From: Curvularia clavata
Taxonomy: Eukaryota
Assembly: GCA_023920165.1 (NCBI GenBank)
Contig: CP089275.1
Coordinates: 248,001-312,000, forward strand
Direction: 5' to 3'
Length of the DNA: 64,000 bases
Shown: piece after piece, positions 1 through 13,447 of the stretch
How positions within the stretch are numbered: the first letter of the stretch is position 1
Layout of the letters: each line of letters begins with the position of its first letter
Translations under genes and position numbers: made by a program
Notes under the pieces: generated by a model
What the model was told of the DNA's origin: nothing
The model's database searches: none
What the model saw: the letters and a program-made list of their open reading frames with translations, nothing else

Positions 1-1548
<1,548 letters not shown>

Positions 1549-2112
1549 AACAAAAAGCAAATGCAGACGCTGCACGTTGAATGCACGTTGAAGGCACCTT
1601 GACTCCCAACACATGCGCAGTATCCTGCAAACGCCCTGTTCCCCTCTGCATGGACCTGTATGACGTGCTTCAGCCCTAAATGGGTACACGGTGTGACAGA
1701 TGATGGAGCGTCTCCCAGGACAACCACACAGCCGCTAACCGTGGGCCAGGCACCGTTCCCCGGCCAATTGAGCAGCACAGCCACGGTCGCACGCGGCTGC
1801 GGACGAAATGTGGTTGGTAGTGTTGGGGTGCAACGGTCCAAGGTCTGGGGCGCCGTACCTGGGTGGCTCCAGAACTCGGTAGTAGGCGATGCGTTGGCAC
1901 GACAACCACCAAGAAACAACACCGCCAGATGTGCCGCCTCGCCCCGGATGCTGCCAGAGACCAGCAACCGCATCGATTCTGCATCGACAATAATTTTTGA
2001 ATTTCTGGCACCGCAACCGCTTTTCGTCTGACACTAGAGACGACGACGCCTGTGCCCTACCTGGGTTCTCCCATCCCTTCTTTTTCCTGCCCTTGCGCCT
2101 CACCGACATATC

Positions 2113-5100
2113 ATGAACGGACCCACTACTCCAAGCGGTACACACTACGGACGGCCGCCTGCATACGACGACGACGACGATGCCGGGTCCCCTCAGTATC
2201 AAGCAGGCTCAACCATGCGTTTGTTGACAAACGCAGACGACAGCCAGAGTTATGTCTCGTGAGTATTAGTTTTCCTTGGTGCCCTGTCTTTCACTTGCGT
2301 CCCACGTTTGTGGACCTCGTCTCATCCCACCGACCAGAAGACGCTCCTTCGAGGACCCTTCAAACATGTCAAGTACAACAAGCACGGCTGCCGCCCTCGG
2401 CGCGCGCATGACTCCCTCAGAGGCAGGCAAGCAAAGAGACGCAGAGGCCGAAATTCACGACTTCTTGCGCGAAGCCGGCGATGCGCTGAATGCGACTGGC
2501 AGCGCCACTTCAGCGCCATCCCGCAAGCCAGCCAAAAAGTCGTTCGCACAGCAAGCCATTGACTGGATGTCGCCATCCAATACGACACGATCCCAAGACC
2601 CAGACTTACCAATATATCAATCTCACAGACCACCCTCGCGAATGTACCATCCGTCGCCCTCTTCAGTATCAGGCCTCTCGAGAACACCCTCGTTAATGGA
2701 TAATGCGCCAAACATGCCCCCTCCCGCAGGCGACGACTATTATGTCCCTCACCGACGGTCGTTATCACCCGACCGACCCTATTCACCAACGCGCACATCA
2801 GTCGACTACTCGCGGCCGCCGGCCTCAGTGAACTCCTACGAGCCATATGATCTCCATGGCAGCCCACGACCTGGCAGCCCTCAGCGACCATTGCCTCCTC
2901 AGCCCTTGTTCAATGGCGGCGGAAGGCCCAACTCGCGCGACTCAGACCACACCATGGATATGAGCGACATGCGCTCAATACCCATTCATGATGATGATGA
3001 TCCCTTCACCGATGTTGGCGACGACCGACCAGAGCTGCGATCGCGCGACTCTTACCTGTCCGACGACACATACACGGACGTCTACACGGACATGAACGAA
3101 AAGGCAGAGCACTACGGACCCGCCCCTGACGGCGCGCAGGTCCGACGAGGTGCGCGAGACGCAGTCATGACCAAGAAGGAGGTTCGCCTCATCAACGGTG
3201 AACTTATTCTCGAGTGCAAGATCCCCACCATCTTGTACAGTTTCCTTCCACGGCGAGACGACATTGAGTTCACACACATGCGATACACGGCTGTTACTTG
3301 CGACCCCGACGACTTTGTCGATCGCGGCTACAAACTGCGCCAGAATATTGGCAATCCTCGTGAAACAGAGGTGTTTATTGCCATCACCATGTACAACGAA
3401 AACGAAATCGACTTTACCCGCACCATGCATGGTGTAATGCAAAACATCAGTCACTTCTGTTCTCGCATGAAGTCGAGAACATGGGGTAAAGACGGATGGC
3501 AGAAGATTGTCGTGTGCATCATTGCCGATGGTCGTGGAAAAGTGCATCCTCGAACACTCGACGCCATTGCTGCCATGGGCTGTTTCCAAGAGGGTATTGC
3601 AAAGAATCACGTCAACCAGAAAGAAGTCACAGCTCACGTCTACGAATACACGACTCAGGTCTCGCTCGACTCGGATCTCAAGTTCAAGGGCGCTGAGAAG
3701 GGCATTGTGCCGTGCCAGATGATCTTCTGCTTGAAGGAACGCAACTCCAAGAAGCTCAACTCTCATCGTTGGTTCTTCAATGCTTTTGGACGCGCGCTCA
3801 ATCCCAATGTTTGCATTTTGCTTGATGTTGGAACTAAGCCAGGTCCAAAGGCTCTCTATCACCTGTGGAAGGCCTTCGACACAGACTCTTCAGTCGCTGG
3901 AGCTGCTGGAGAAATCAAGGCTGGCAAGGGCAAAGCCTGGCTTGGTCTGCTTAACCCGCTCGTCGCATCGCAAAACTTTGAGTACAAGATGTCTAATATC
4001 CTTGATAAACCCCTGGAGTCTGTCTTTGGTTACATTACTGTGTTGCCAGGTGCGCTGTCGGCATATCGCTACCACGCGCTGCAAAATGATCACACTGGAC
4101 ATGGACCTCTCAGCCAATACTTCAAGGGAGAGACGCTTCACGGTCAAGATGCAGATGTATTCACAGCCAACATGTACTTGGCTGAGGATCGTATCTTGTG
4201 TTGGGAGCTTGTGGCAAAGCGGAGTGAGCAATGGGTCCTGAAGTATGTCAAGGCGGCGACTGGAGAAACGGATGTGCCAGGTAAGATATCCATAACCTTA
4301 TCCTTGTCGAAACGTGTACTAACATATTGCAGACGCGGTTCCTGAGTTCATCTCTCAGCGTCGTCGCTGGCTGAACGGTGCCTTCTTCGCTGCCGTGTAC
4401 TCGCTGCTCCATTTCAAGCAGGTGTGGGCAACTGATCACACCATCTGGCGCAAGATTCTCCTGCACATTGAGTTCGTGTATCAGTTTGTCCAACTGCTCT
4501 TCACTTTCTTCTCCCTGGCCAACTTCTACCTGACCTTCTACTTCGTCGCTGGTTCCCTTTCCGACCCCCAGATGGACCCGTTCGGGCACAACATCGGCAA
4601 ATACATCTTCTACATTCTGCGGTACACTTGCACGCTGCTCATCTGCATGCAGTTCATCCTGTCCATGGGTAATCGACCTCAGGGTGCGAAGAAGATGTTC
4701 TTCTGGAGTATGGTTATGTACGGCGTCATCATGGCATACACGACCTTTGCTTCTTTCTACATTGTCATTGTCCAGCTCAAAGATCCAAAGGCAGAGAAGA
4801 CAATCGGAGCAAACGTCTTCACCAACCTCATCATCTCCACGGCAACCACCATCGGTCTCTACTTCCTCATGTCCTTTATGTATCTGGATCCATGGCACAT
4901 GTTTACCTCGAGCGCTCAGTACTTTGCTCTCCTGCCTTCGTACATTGCAACTCTCCAGGTGTATGCTTTCTGCAACACGCACGATATCACGTGGGGTACC
5001 AAGGGTGACAACGTAGCAAAGACGGATCTTGGAGACGCCAGAGCAAAGACTAAGAACGTCGTCGAACTCGAAATGCCGTCTGAGCAGCTTGACATTGACA

Positions 5101-5606
5101 GTGGCTATGACGAAGCGCTCCGTAATCTCCGTGACCGCGTTGAGGTACCCGAGCAACCAATTTCGGAATCGCAGCAGCAAGAGGATTACTACCGCGCGGT
5201 GCGTACCTACATGGTCGTCATTTGGCTCATCTCCAACGCCATCCTCGCCATGGCTGTTAGCGAAGCCTACTCTGACCGCAAGGTCACAAACAACTTCTAC
5301 CTCACGTTTATCCTGTGGGCTGTCGCTGGTCTTGCCTTCTTCCGCGCCATTGGATCTACTACGTTCCTCATCATCAACTCCATTCACGCCATCATGGAGA
5401 CGAAGCTCAAGTGGCAGGATAAGATTGATGACAAGAAGAGCAACAGAACCGGCCTTGGAGGTGGCAGGAAGTACGGCCGAAACAAGTGGTGGAAGTTTGG
5501 TTTCGGCGGCGGCGTGTCATCAAGCTGGTTCTCGGGCAGCACTATTTCGAGCAAGCTGAGCAGCATGACGCCCAGCAGCTGGGGTGGAAGCAGCGTGGGC
5601 CGCTAA
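2113..5606 (+). CDS. Chitin synthase, class II (division 1)
   Basis: [48 protein letters not shown] (after intron 4282-4332), multiple TM helices, WGTKG. Probable first exon 2113-2258 (MNGPTTP...RLL, GTGAGT donor); in-frame alternative ATG at 2366. Confidence 0.93.
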
Positions 5607-6021
5607 AGGAGCCTTGCTGCGTTCAATGGGTAATGTGAAAAGTGAGGAAAGGTTTACGACATTTATGAGTAAACTATTCTTCAAGGCGTTATTTGGGGGA
5701 TACGGTTGGGATGATACCTGGATTGAAGACGCGAGAGGCTTTTATCGCGCATATGTATATAGTTTGCAGTCATGACGATGATGTGATGATTGCCACGTAA
5801 ATTTAATATCGTTGCTTTGAAAAAAGAAATGAGAGTGGTGCGATTGTGAATTCCTCCTACCTTCGTCAGAGTCGCATGTGCAGAAAGCACGAGAGCACGC
5901 GCCGTACAAGGGAACGACGCTCGGGCCATGTTTACATGAGCACTCCGCTATCGTCCCGCCAAACATCAAGCAGCGCAACACACTCCCCCACCCGTACGCA
6001 ACATTTTCTAGCGACAACAAG

Positions 6022-7740
6022 ATGGCGCCCCGCAGTAAAGTCGCAAACCTCTCCTTTACGGTCGACTCGGCCTCAGAAGACGAAATGACGGTCGACGAGC
6101 TCAATGCACGCACTAAACCAGAGTCCAACGGCGAAAGCAAGGCACCGGGTCGCAAAGCGCGTGGAACTGCTGCGCAAACAAAAGAGAGTGCTCCTGCGAC
6201 AAAGGCGACTGGGAGGGGACGGCCTGCAGCGCGCCAAACAGCTGCGAACAGTGCGGCGGCCGCGAAAAAGAGTAATGGAGCGGGCGCAAAGAAAGCATCT
6301 ACAAGAGGCGGACGTAAGGCGCAGGCACACAACAACGATGTGAACGAGAGCGAAGCTGAAGAGGCAGATGAAATTGAAGAAGAGGAGCCCGCACCGCAGG
6401 CTAAGCCAGCTAAGAGGGGACGGCCAGCGAGGAAGGCGCAAGAGGAGGAGAAGGAGGAAGAAGAGGTCCCAGTGCCAGCAAAGAGAGGGCGCAAAGCTGC
6501 GGTCAAGGAGCCAGCAGAGAAGGAGACCAAAACCAAGACAACCGCGAAGTCGAGAGGCACAAAACGAGCGCTTGAACCAGAGCCCGAGCCCGAGCAGATG
6601 ACGATCCCTGAGACACAGCCAGAGCCAGAGGCAGACACCATGGATATCTCAGAGACGGTGGAGATTGAGGAGATACCCGAGAGCATGCCTCCACCGGTGC
6701 GGCCTTCTGCGCGCCGAAACCAAGCACAACCGAATAGCAGGGCTCGAAGAACATCCGCTGGAGTGAGGAGAACAGGAAGCGTATCAGACTCTGAGCGGGA
6801 TCCAGCCATGCGACGAAAAGTAGGGGATCTCACACGGAAGCTCGACGCCATGACCGCCAAATACGAAGCCCTCAAGGAAGCGGCATCATCAGGCAAAGAG
6901 TCCAACTTCGACCAACTAAAGAAACGCACCGACCAAACCGCCAAAGAACAAGACGCCGTCATAAAATCCCTCAAGCAACAAATCTCCGACCTCCAATCCC
7001 GCACTTCTGACCTCACCTCCCTCAAAAAAGAACTCGCCGCCTCCTCTCAAGAAACTGCTCGTCTCGTCGCCGAGAACAAGAAACTGGCAGAGTCTCTCAC
7101 CGCTGAAAACAAGAAACTCGCAGAGTCCCTCACCGCCGCACAGAACGAAAACAAAACTCTATCTTCTAAACTGGCAGCAGCGCGAGCAGCACAACCAGAT
7201 ACAAAGACGGTACCAGGCAGCGCCGTGAAACCCCGTCCGGGCGTCGTCCTCCCCGCCACCGTCGAAGCCGCAAAAGAAGCTACCCTCGCAAGGCAAAAAG
7301 TCGATTTGTACAGCGACTTGACCAACCTAGTTGTTCTTGGGGTTAAGAAGTCTGAGGAAGGGGAAGATGTATATGATTGTTTGCAGACGGGAAGGGGCCG
7401 AAGTAAGTTTTTTTTTTCTCACCTTATTCTTACTCATTACCTATCACTCATATGACCTTTTTTTTTTTGAACATGTTGGCTGACGACTTGATTAATAGCA
7501 CTGCACTTCCACCTCACGGTCGCTCCACCGGGTTCTACGACCGAAGACACAGAGTTTATATACCAGCCGCTGCTTGATGAGCAGCGCGATAGAGAGCTAC
7601 TAGATATTCTGCCCGATTATCTCACAGAGGAGATATGTTTCCCCAGTGCGCAGGCGGTTAAGTTTTATTGTAAGGTGTTGGATAGTATGAATAAGAAGGT
7701 TGTGCTGGAGGATGAGGAGGATGAGGAGGATGAGGAGTGA
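6022..7740 (+). CDS. Monopolin/chromosome segregation protein Csm1/Pcs1-like
   Basis: Low-complexity basic/acidic N-terminus and coiled coil, then LYSDLTNL...YDCLQTGR, intron ~7403-7497, and LHFHL...EFIYQPLLDEQRDRELLDILPDYLTEEICFP...KFY, typical of the Csm1 C-terminal domain. Confidence 0.8.
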
Positions 7741-8210
7741 GTGTGCGGGAGATGGTAGTGGATAGAGAGATGAAGACGTGTTTTGGTGTTTAGGGACTGG
7801 AGGTCCTCTCTCATGAAGGGGGAACTTTGGTGCATTCACGGCGTCAGTCGTTTTTCTCACGTCTGTCTGTCTGTTTGTTTTTGACCGATTCGGTGGTTTT
7901 TGCTATAGTATCGAATGATACCCTCCTTGCTGTTCGTTGTTTCACACATATATTTCTATTCAACATGGTGCCTGTAACAATCATTTCATCAAACACAAAT
8001 GTTGTACGCAAGTCTTGAGTCCAATTGGGTCGTTTGTTTTTTATTGTATCTACCATCCTGTCCGTCTAACATTCACAGTCCGCAGTCAGGTAACAAGGTT
8101 TGAGGAGGCAAAAAAATAAACGTCCATCATCGGTAGGCGTAAGCTTCCACCCGCAAACAGAGTTATAGCTCAGGATTCGGATCGAAGGAGGGGCGTGTGC
8201 ATCGGTGCGT

Positions 8211-8728
8211 TTATTGCTTTCCCTGGACCTTGTCTGCGGCCTTCTTGACGTACTCCCTGTAAAAATGCGTTAGCAATTGATCTCCTCGACTAGTCCAATG
8301 CCTTGTGTGCCTGCTTGGGCTAGGTCGCCGAGGGCATTGGAGCAGAGGCGGTCTACGCACTTTACAAAGCTCTCCTCCTCACTGCTCTTTGCGTTGATCG
8401 GGGGAGTGGTGGGGTCCTCAGCCTTCTTGCCGCCGAGCGAGAGCGCAGCACCAGCGAATGTTGTGCCGAGGGTGGCCATGGCAAGCTGTTATAGCGAAAT
8501 CTTCAAGTCAGCGCTTATTCTTCTTATGTTTTATCCCAATTCCAATTCAGTCGACAAAAATGACACCTTCTTTCAAAAGACATGTCTTGCGTCGCTGGAA
8601 GCTTTATCCATGCCTTTCATCCCGACTCTTCCTGTATTCCGACGACTTTTTCGGGGGTGCTTGGAGGGTGAAAGACGTACGACGTGCGATCCGACCTGGC
8701 GGCCCATGATAGTGTACATAGCAACCAT
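8211..8728 (-). CDS. atp19: Mitochondrial ATP synthase subunit k (Atp19-like), 3 exons
   Basis: Spliced product MVAMYTIMGRQVGSHV/LAMATLG...TPPINAKSSEEESFVK/EYVKK; Y-x-I-x-G-x-x-V-G-S-H-x-L-A-M-A-T-L and PPINA-x-S-x-x-EE-x-F are characteristic of the family. Confidence 0.8.
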
Positions 8729-9083
8729 TTTTGCGGTATTGAGGCAATTGATCCGTTCCGGAGGCGGGGATAGGTGTGATGCGGATGCGTCAATGGATGG
8801 AGGTGGAGAAGGCGGTTGGGCGGGTGCTGCTGTTGCGCGGAGCTCTGTTCGGAAGAGAAGATGGAGGCTTGGCGGTAAAGTGTGGCTGGTGAAGAGTGTG
8901 GCGCTGTGGCTGAAGTGGGCAGGGATGCGGAGGGGCTTATGACGTGCGGGTTAGCTACGAGATCCGAGGCATCAGGGCAACCGTGGTTCGACGTACGAAG
9001 CGTGGGAACTAGGCTTCCTTTGCCGACAGTCTTTTCTTCATATCATCTCTTTTAAACTCGTGTCGCGTGAAGGAGCTGCAACA

Positions 9084-10179
9084 ATGGCCAAGGATAGCAA
9101 CAAGAAGATCGAAGAGATCGATGGTGTGCCTGTAGAGCGACAAGGCCCGCGCCCTGACTTCTCAACACCACCGCCTAGGAAGCGGCTGCCAAAGGAGCTT
9201 CAGGATACGTTGAACGATGATGAAAAGCTGTGGGAAGTATTATACGATGGCGAGTATGTTGTCCCAGAATGCAATTGCCTGATCGCATATGTCTACAATC
9301 TATGATAGCTAACGTACCTGGACAGAGGCGAAGACACGACAGATACCTCTCTCCGCTATGCGGCCTACGCCTCGCGAATTCGCACGATAATGCTCTCTGC
9401 ACACCGCTACGTAGCCTATACCTCCGACATTGGTGAATCGTTCCGTCCTGTTGCCCACCCGTACTTAGTCAAAGGCGCCTACGGTGTCTCGTGGCTCTAC
9501 CTTGCCGGCGACGTTGCCCACGAAGGCTACAAGGCCTACTGCCGCAACCAACGTACACTGCACCCGGAGAAATTCATCGATGATGCCGCTGAGAAGTCGC
9601 TTGGAGATCAGAAGGAGAAGGATATGGGGGCAACAGGGAAATCGGTTGGCTCGGGTATCTTTGATAAGGTACAGAATTTGGCAAAGACAGCTACGAGTAC
9701 TGAGGGTGTCAAGTATGGTGATGGCTCTAGTGCGCTGACGGGAGGACAAGTGGTTGCGGGCCGTATTCCTGCGATTGAGGACTACAGAGCTGTTATGGCG
9801 CAGCGAGCTGTCTTCCAAGCTGTGGCTTCGATGGGTCTCCCGGCGTTTACGATTCACAGTATCGTGAGATATTCTGGACGTGCGCTCAAGGATGCTAAAA
9901 ACAAGACATTGAGGACTTGGGCTCCAATTGGGGTAAGTTATATTTCTTGCAGTTTTCGAATTCAAAAAGCGTACTGACACACGGTAGCTTGGTCTTGCGG
10001 CAGTTCCTTTCCTACCTTTCGTGTTTGACGAGCCCGTTGAGCACGCGACCGAGTGGATCTTCTATAACGCATTCAAGACGTTTGGTGGTGAAAAAGCTGT
10101 AGAAGGAAGACCGGCGGTTGGAATGAAAGAGTTGAGGAAAGAGGAGACGGAAGCGAACAAGTTGAAGAAGGAACTATAG
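9084..10179 (+). CDS. Mitochondrial fission process protein 1 (MTFP1/Mtp18 family)
   Basis: RYAAYASRIRT...RYVAYTSDIGESFRPVAHP, QRAVFQAVASMGLPAFTIHSIV, GLAAVPFLPFVFDEPVEH across two introns. Confidence 0.85.
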
Positions 10180-10354
10180 AGTGTTTTTGGAACTGTGATG
10201 AGATACTTGCACTCATCTCTATACACACGATACCCAGAAGTATACGATCCGCTCAGTCTATATATAATACTCTAAAGAACTTCCTTCTCTACGGGTATCA
10301 CTGTACTCAAACAGAAAAGTGCCAATGCACATGAATCCGCCAGGTGACGCACTA

Positions 10355-12532
10355 TCAACTATCCTCTTCGCAGCCCTCTTCACAAGCCTCTGTAAATACC
10401 CTCAACAACTCTGGAAAGTCGCATACATTCATCGACTCGAACACGCCTGAGGAAAAGACCTTGAGTGCTGTCATACGCGGGCTTCTGATACCAAATGCAA
10501 GCTTGGCTAAGAACCGTGGATCATCGCGAACAGGCACTGCATCCAGCACCCTCTTCACTTTGACTGGGTCGGGAGGTTGCGGCGGCTCATCAGGAAGGAC
10601 GACTGGGACATGTGTCTCGCACCAAGTACAATGGCCACAGTGCTTTGCGACACGTTCTGCGTCGCCAAAGTAGGCAGCTATGTTGTTTGAAAAGCAGCGT
10701 GGAGCAGTGATAAGATCCAGCAGGGCTTTTGTCCTTGCTAGATTCTGCTTCTCGGTTTCCTCCATGCTCTTGTCTAGTTTCTGCACTATGTCGCTGATTT
10801 CGTCTGGAGTGTTGGGCAATGGGCGTTCGAGACAGTATATATTTTGTACGCCTTCCTTTTTCACTTCAATAACGCCTCGTTCGTTCCACTCGTCCATCTT
10901 GCGTACCAAATCCGCCCGTGGTATGCTGCTGCTGCTTGCTATGTCGTCTAGCCCCACGTGTACCCATTTGCTGCTTTTGACGGACGCTTTGCGTATAGCG
11001 GATGCGGCTGCTGACTTGTCCTGGAGCAGGGCTTTGTCGTCTTTGGTAATATACATGTACTTGGAGTAGAGAGATCCTGCTGCGCGAAAGAGCTTGAATT
11101 GCAGTTCCAGCTGGGCGTAGATAATACCGAGCACGATGGCTTTGATGTCTGTCTCTTGGCTCTGCGTATACAGCGAGAGCGTGAATGTGTCTCCGGCTTT
11201 GAGCTGCGTGCGGGCCGGTGAACATATGTCTTCCATTAGGAGCTTCAAAGAACGTCGCGAGGGCCTATCGCCATATGTGAAGATGTTACGCAGATAAAAG
11301 TCTTTTGTCGAGAGGTAGAACTTGCAGACACTGGGTTTTCCATCACGGCCTGCTCTTCCAATCTGTTGACTATACGACTCGATACTATCCGGCATGTCAA
11401 AGTGCACAACGTTGCGGATGTCGGGCTTGTCGATGCCCATCCCAAAAGCAATGGTGGCAACCACTATCATGTCGGTACTGGAGAGGAACTCATCTTGCGT
11501 CTTTGAGCGTACGGCAGCGGGCATACCTGCATGGTACGCCTTGGCGTTGAAGCCTCTCTCTTGCAATTCCGCAGCTAGCGTTTCTGCGCCTTTCTGAATT
11601 GTCACATACACAATAGTTGTACCAGGGTGCGTTTTGAGATGGCGCACAAGCTTGGCTACATAATCGGTATCTTTGGAGTTCGCCTCAGCTAAAAGACGGA
11701 GATTGGGGCGATACATTGTCGTCCGGAAGAGGCCTTCTTCTGGGATAGAAAAAGCCTTCCGAATGTCTTTTGCAACCTTTGGCGTCGCAGTAGCGGTCAA
11801 GCATATTACCCTTTCCACTTGAGCTTCTTTTGCAAAGCGAGCAATCTTGAGGTAGTCTGGTCGAAATGAGTGGCCCCACTCTGAAATACAATGGGCTTCG
11901 TCGACAGCGAGTAGCCGGATACCCCCAGGTATGCTTTTCAGCGAAGCAATGAAGCCCTCACTGTTGAGACGCTCCGGAGCGCAGTAGATGAGGTCCAGGT
12001 GGCCATTCCGCAGGTCGTCTTGTGCTGCCAGGAACTGATCGCGTGAAATGGAAGAGTTCAATACTGCAGCTTTTATGCCACGGCGCAAAAGAGCATCGAC
12101 TTGGTCTTTCATCAAAGCAATCAGCGGAGAAATGACTAGGGTGACCCCACTGTGTCCACTGGTGCGTCTATTTAGTTGCTCATCCTGATATCTGAAGGCA
12201 ACTGCAGGCACCTGATAGCAGAGACTCTTTCCGCCTCCTGTAGGGAACACCACTAGTGCGCTCCCTCCATCAAGAATCTTTGTAATGGCCTTTTCCTGTT
12301 CAAGACGAAAGTTGTTTAGACCAAACCGTTCCTTGAGAATCTTATTTGCAAGTTCAGTATATGGAGACGGGGCCAAGTGGGCTTTGAGATCAGGCCTGGA
12401 TCGCTTGGGCGATGGTGCTCCATCAATACTATCCTTGTTTAGCCTGCGCTTCGCACCTGGCGCGTCGAGAGTCGCAGCGGCTGCGAGGTCTTCTTCATCC
12501 TCAGGCGACCAGCCGAATTCATCGTCGCTCAT
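10355..12532 (-). CDS. RecQ-family ATP-dependent DNA helicase (short, non-Sgs1 type)
   Basis: PTGGGKSLCYQ, VISPLIALMKDQV, AVDEAHCISEWGHSFRPDY, VATIAFGMGIDK, QQIGRAGRDG and a Zn-binding CGHCTWC; intronless. Confidence 0.93.
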   Translation of the reverse strand: MSDDEFGWSPEDEEDLAAAATLDAPGAKRRLNKDSIDGAPSPKRSRPDLKAHLAPSPYTELANKILKERFGLNNFRLEQEKAITKILDGGSALVVFPTGGGKSLCYQVPAVAFRYQDEQLNRRTSGHSGVTLVISPLIALMKDQVDALLRRGIKAAVLNSSISRDQFLAAQDDLRNGHLDLIYCAPERLNSEGFIASLKSIPGGIRLLAVDEAHCISEWGHSFRPDYLKIARFAKEAQVERVICLTATATPKVAKDIRKAFSIPEEGLFRTTMYRPNLRLLAEANSKDTDYVAKLVRHLKTHPGTTIVYVTIQKGAETLAAELQERGFNAKAYHAGMPAAVRSKTQDEFLSSTDMIVVATIAFGMGIDKPDIRNVVHFDMPDSIESYSQQIGRAGRDGKPSVCKFYLSTKDFYLRNIFTYGDRPSRRSLKLLMEDICSPARTQLKAGDTFTLSLYTQSQETDIKAIVLGIIYAQLELQFKLFRAAGSLYSKYMYITKDDKALLQDKSAAASAIRKASVKSSKWVHVGLDDIASSSSIPRADLVRKMDEWNERGVIEVKKEGVQNIYCLERPLPNTPDEISDIVQKLDKSMEETEKQNLARTKALLDLITAPRCFSNNIAAYFGDAERVAKHCGHCTWCETHVPVVLPDEPPQPPDPVKVKRVLDAVPVRDDPRFLAKLAFGIRSPRMTALKVFSSGVFESMNVCDFPELLRVFTEACEEGCEEDS

Positions 12533-13447
12533 GCTGAGACGCAGGCGCAAAGAAGCGAGATTGATGATTTTCTTAATGGATCCGGCACCGTTCTTTTAGA
12601 AACTGGCTACTGCTAGGAGGTGTTGCGGTCGTGATAAGGTCAACGATCTCCTGTACCGCGCTAGATGGGCAACGCGCTGGCACGTGACTGGAACTATCCA
12701 ATAGTCGATCCCCGGCCAAGTCTCCCGCCAGATCATCTTCCAACCTGTCAATTACGCTGGAAACAATATTCTTGACGTATGCGTGACAACATTGTCAAGT
12801 GAGGAAAGCATACAATATTGCAGAGTATCATCTGAGTAATGAAGAGTACAAAGATCCATTGCCACTTGGAGACGACCGTGGTCTGCCGGCAGACTTCGCC
12901 ACGGCTTTGTTCTTCTGTACAACAGTGGTCGAGATCCAACTAGCGTCAATGTCAAAGTTGTACCGTCGCTTCAAGGCCCAATGGCGCCACGCGTCTGCTT
13001 GTCCATCAGGTTTTCTAGGCACTCAGTGGATCCATGATCATGATCGAGCCATGCAGCCCTGCCTCACCTGCCGCCGGAGCTGTCTGCCGGAGTAAGAGAC
13101 TGTCAGGGATACTGGTTAGAAAATCAATCTAGAATACGCCATTCTGCCTTTGCCACTACAGAGAAACCCTCTACTGCCCCCCTGTGCTCATACCATCGTC
13201 GCACACCCGCAACTTGAACGTGCGTTGCGACAACATATGGGGACTCGGCTGCCCTAGTGGGAGAAACGACATCCAACGGCAACCTCGCCGCGGAACGCAA
13301 CCGCTTTCCTCACGTTTCTACGCCTGCATCCAACCTTTTGCCCTGGCCAAGACGGTTGTATCTCTGAACCCTAAATACACCGACACCCGCAAAAGCCCCT
13401 CGTACGTATGCGCATATTGAGTTGAGCGTTACCATTGTCAGATCGGG

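Noticed and set aside
4248..5387. 379-aa minus-strand ORF, and similar long antisense ORFs at 2975-3862, 5742-7025 and 51133-51909
   Set aside because: They are antisense shadows of codon-biased real genes and show no recognisable motifs.
7069..7135. 33-nt duplication (AENKKLAESLT x2) in the Csm1-like gene
   Set aside because: An ordinary coiled-coil duplication.
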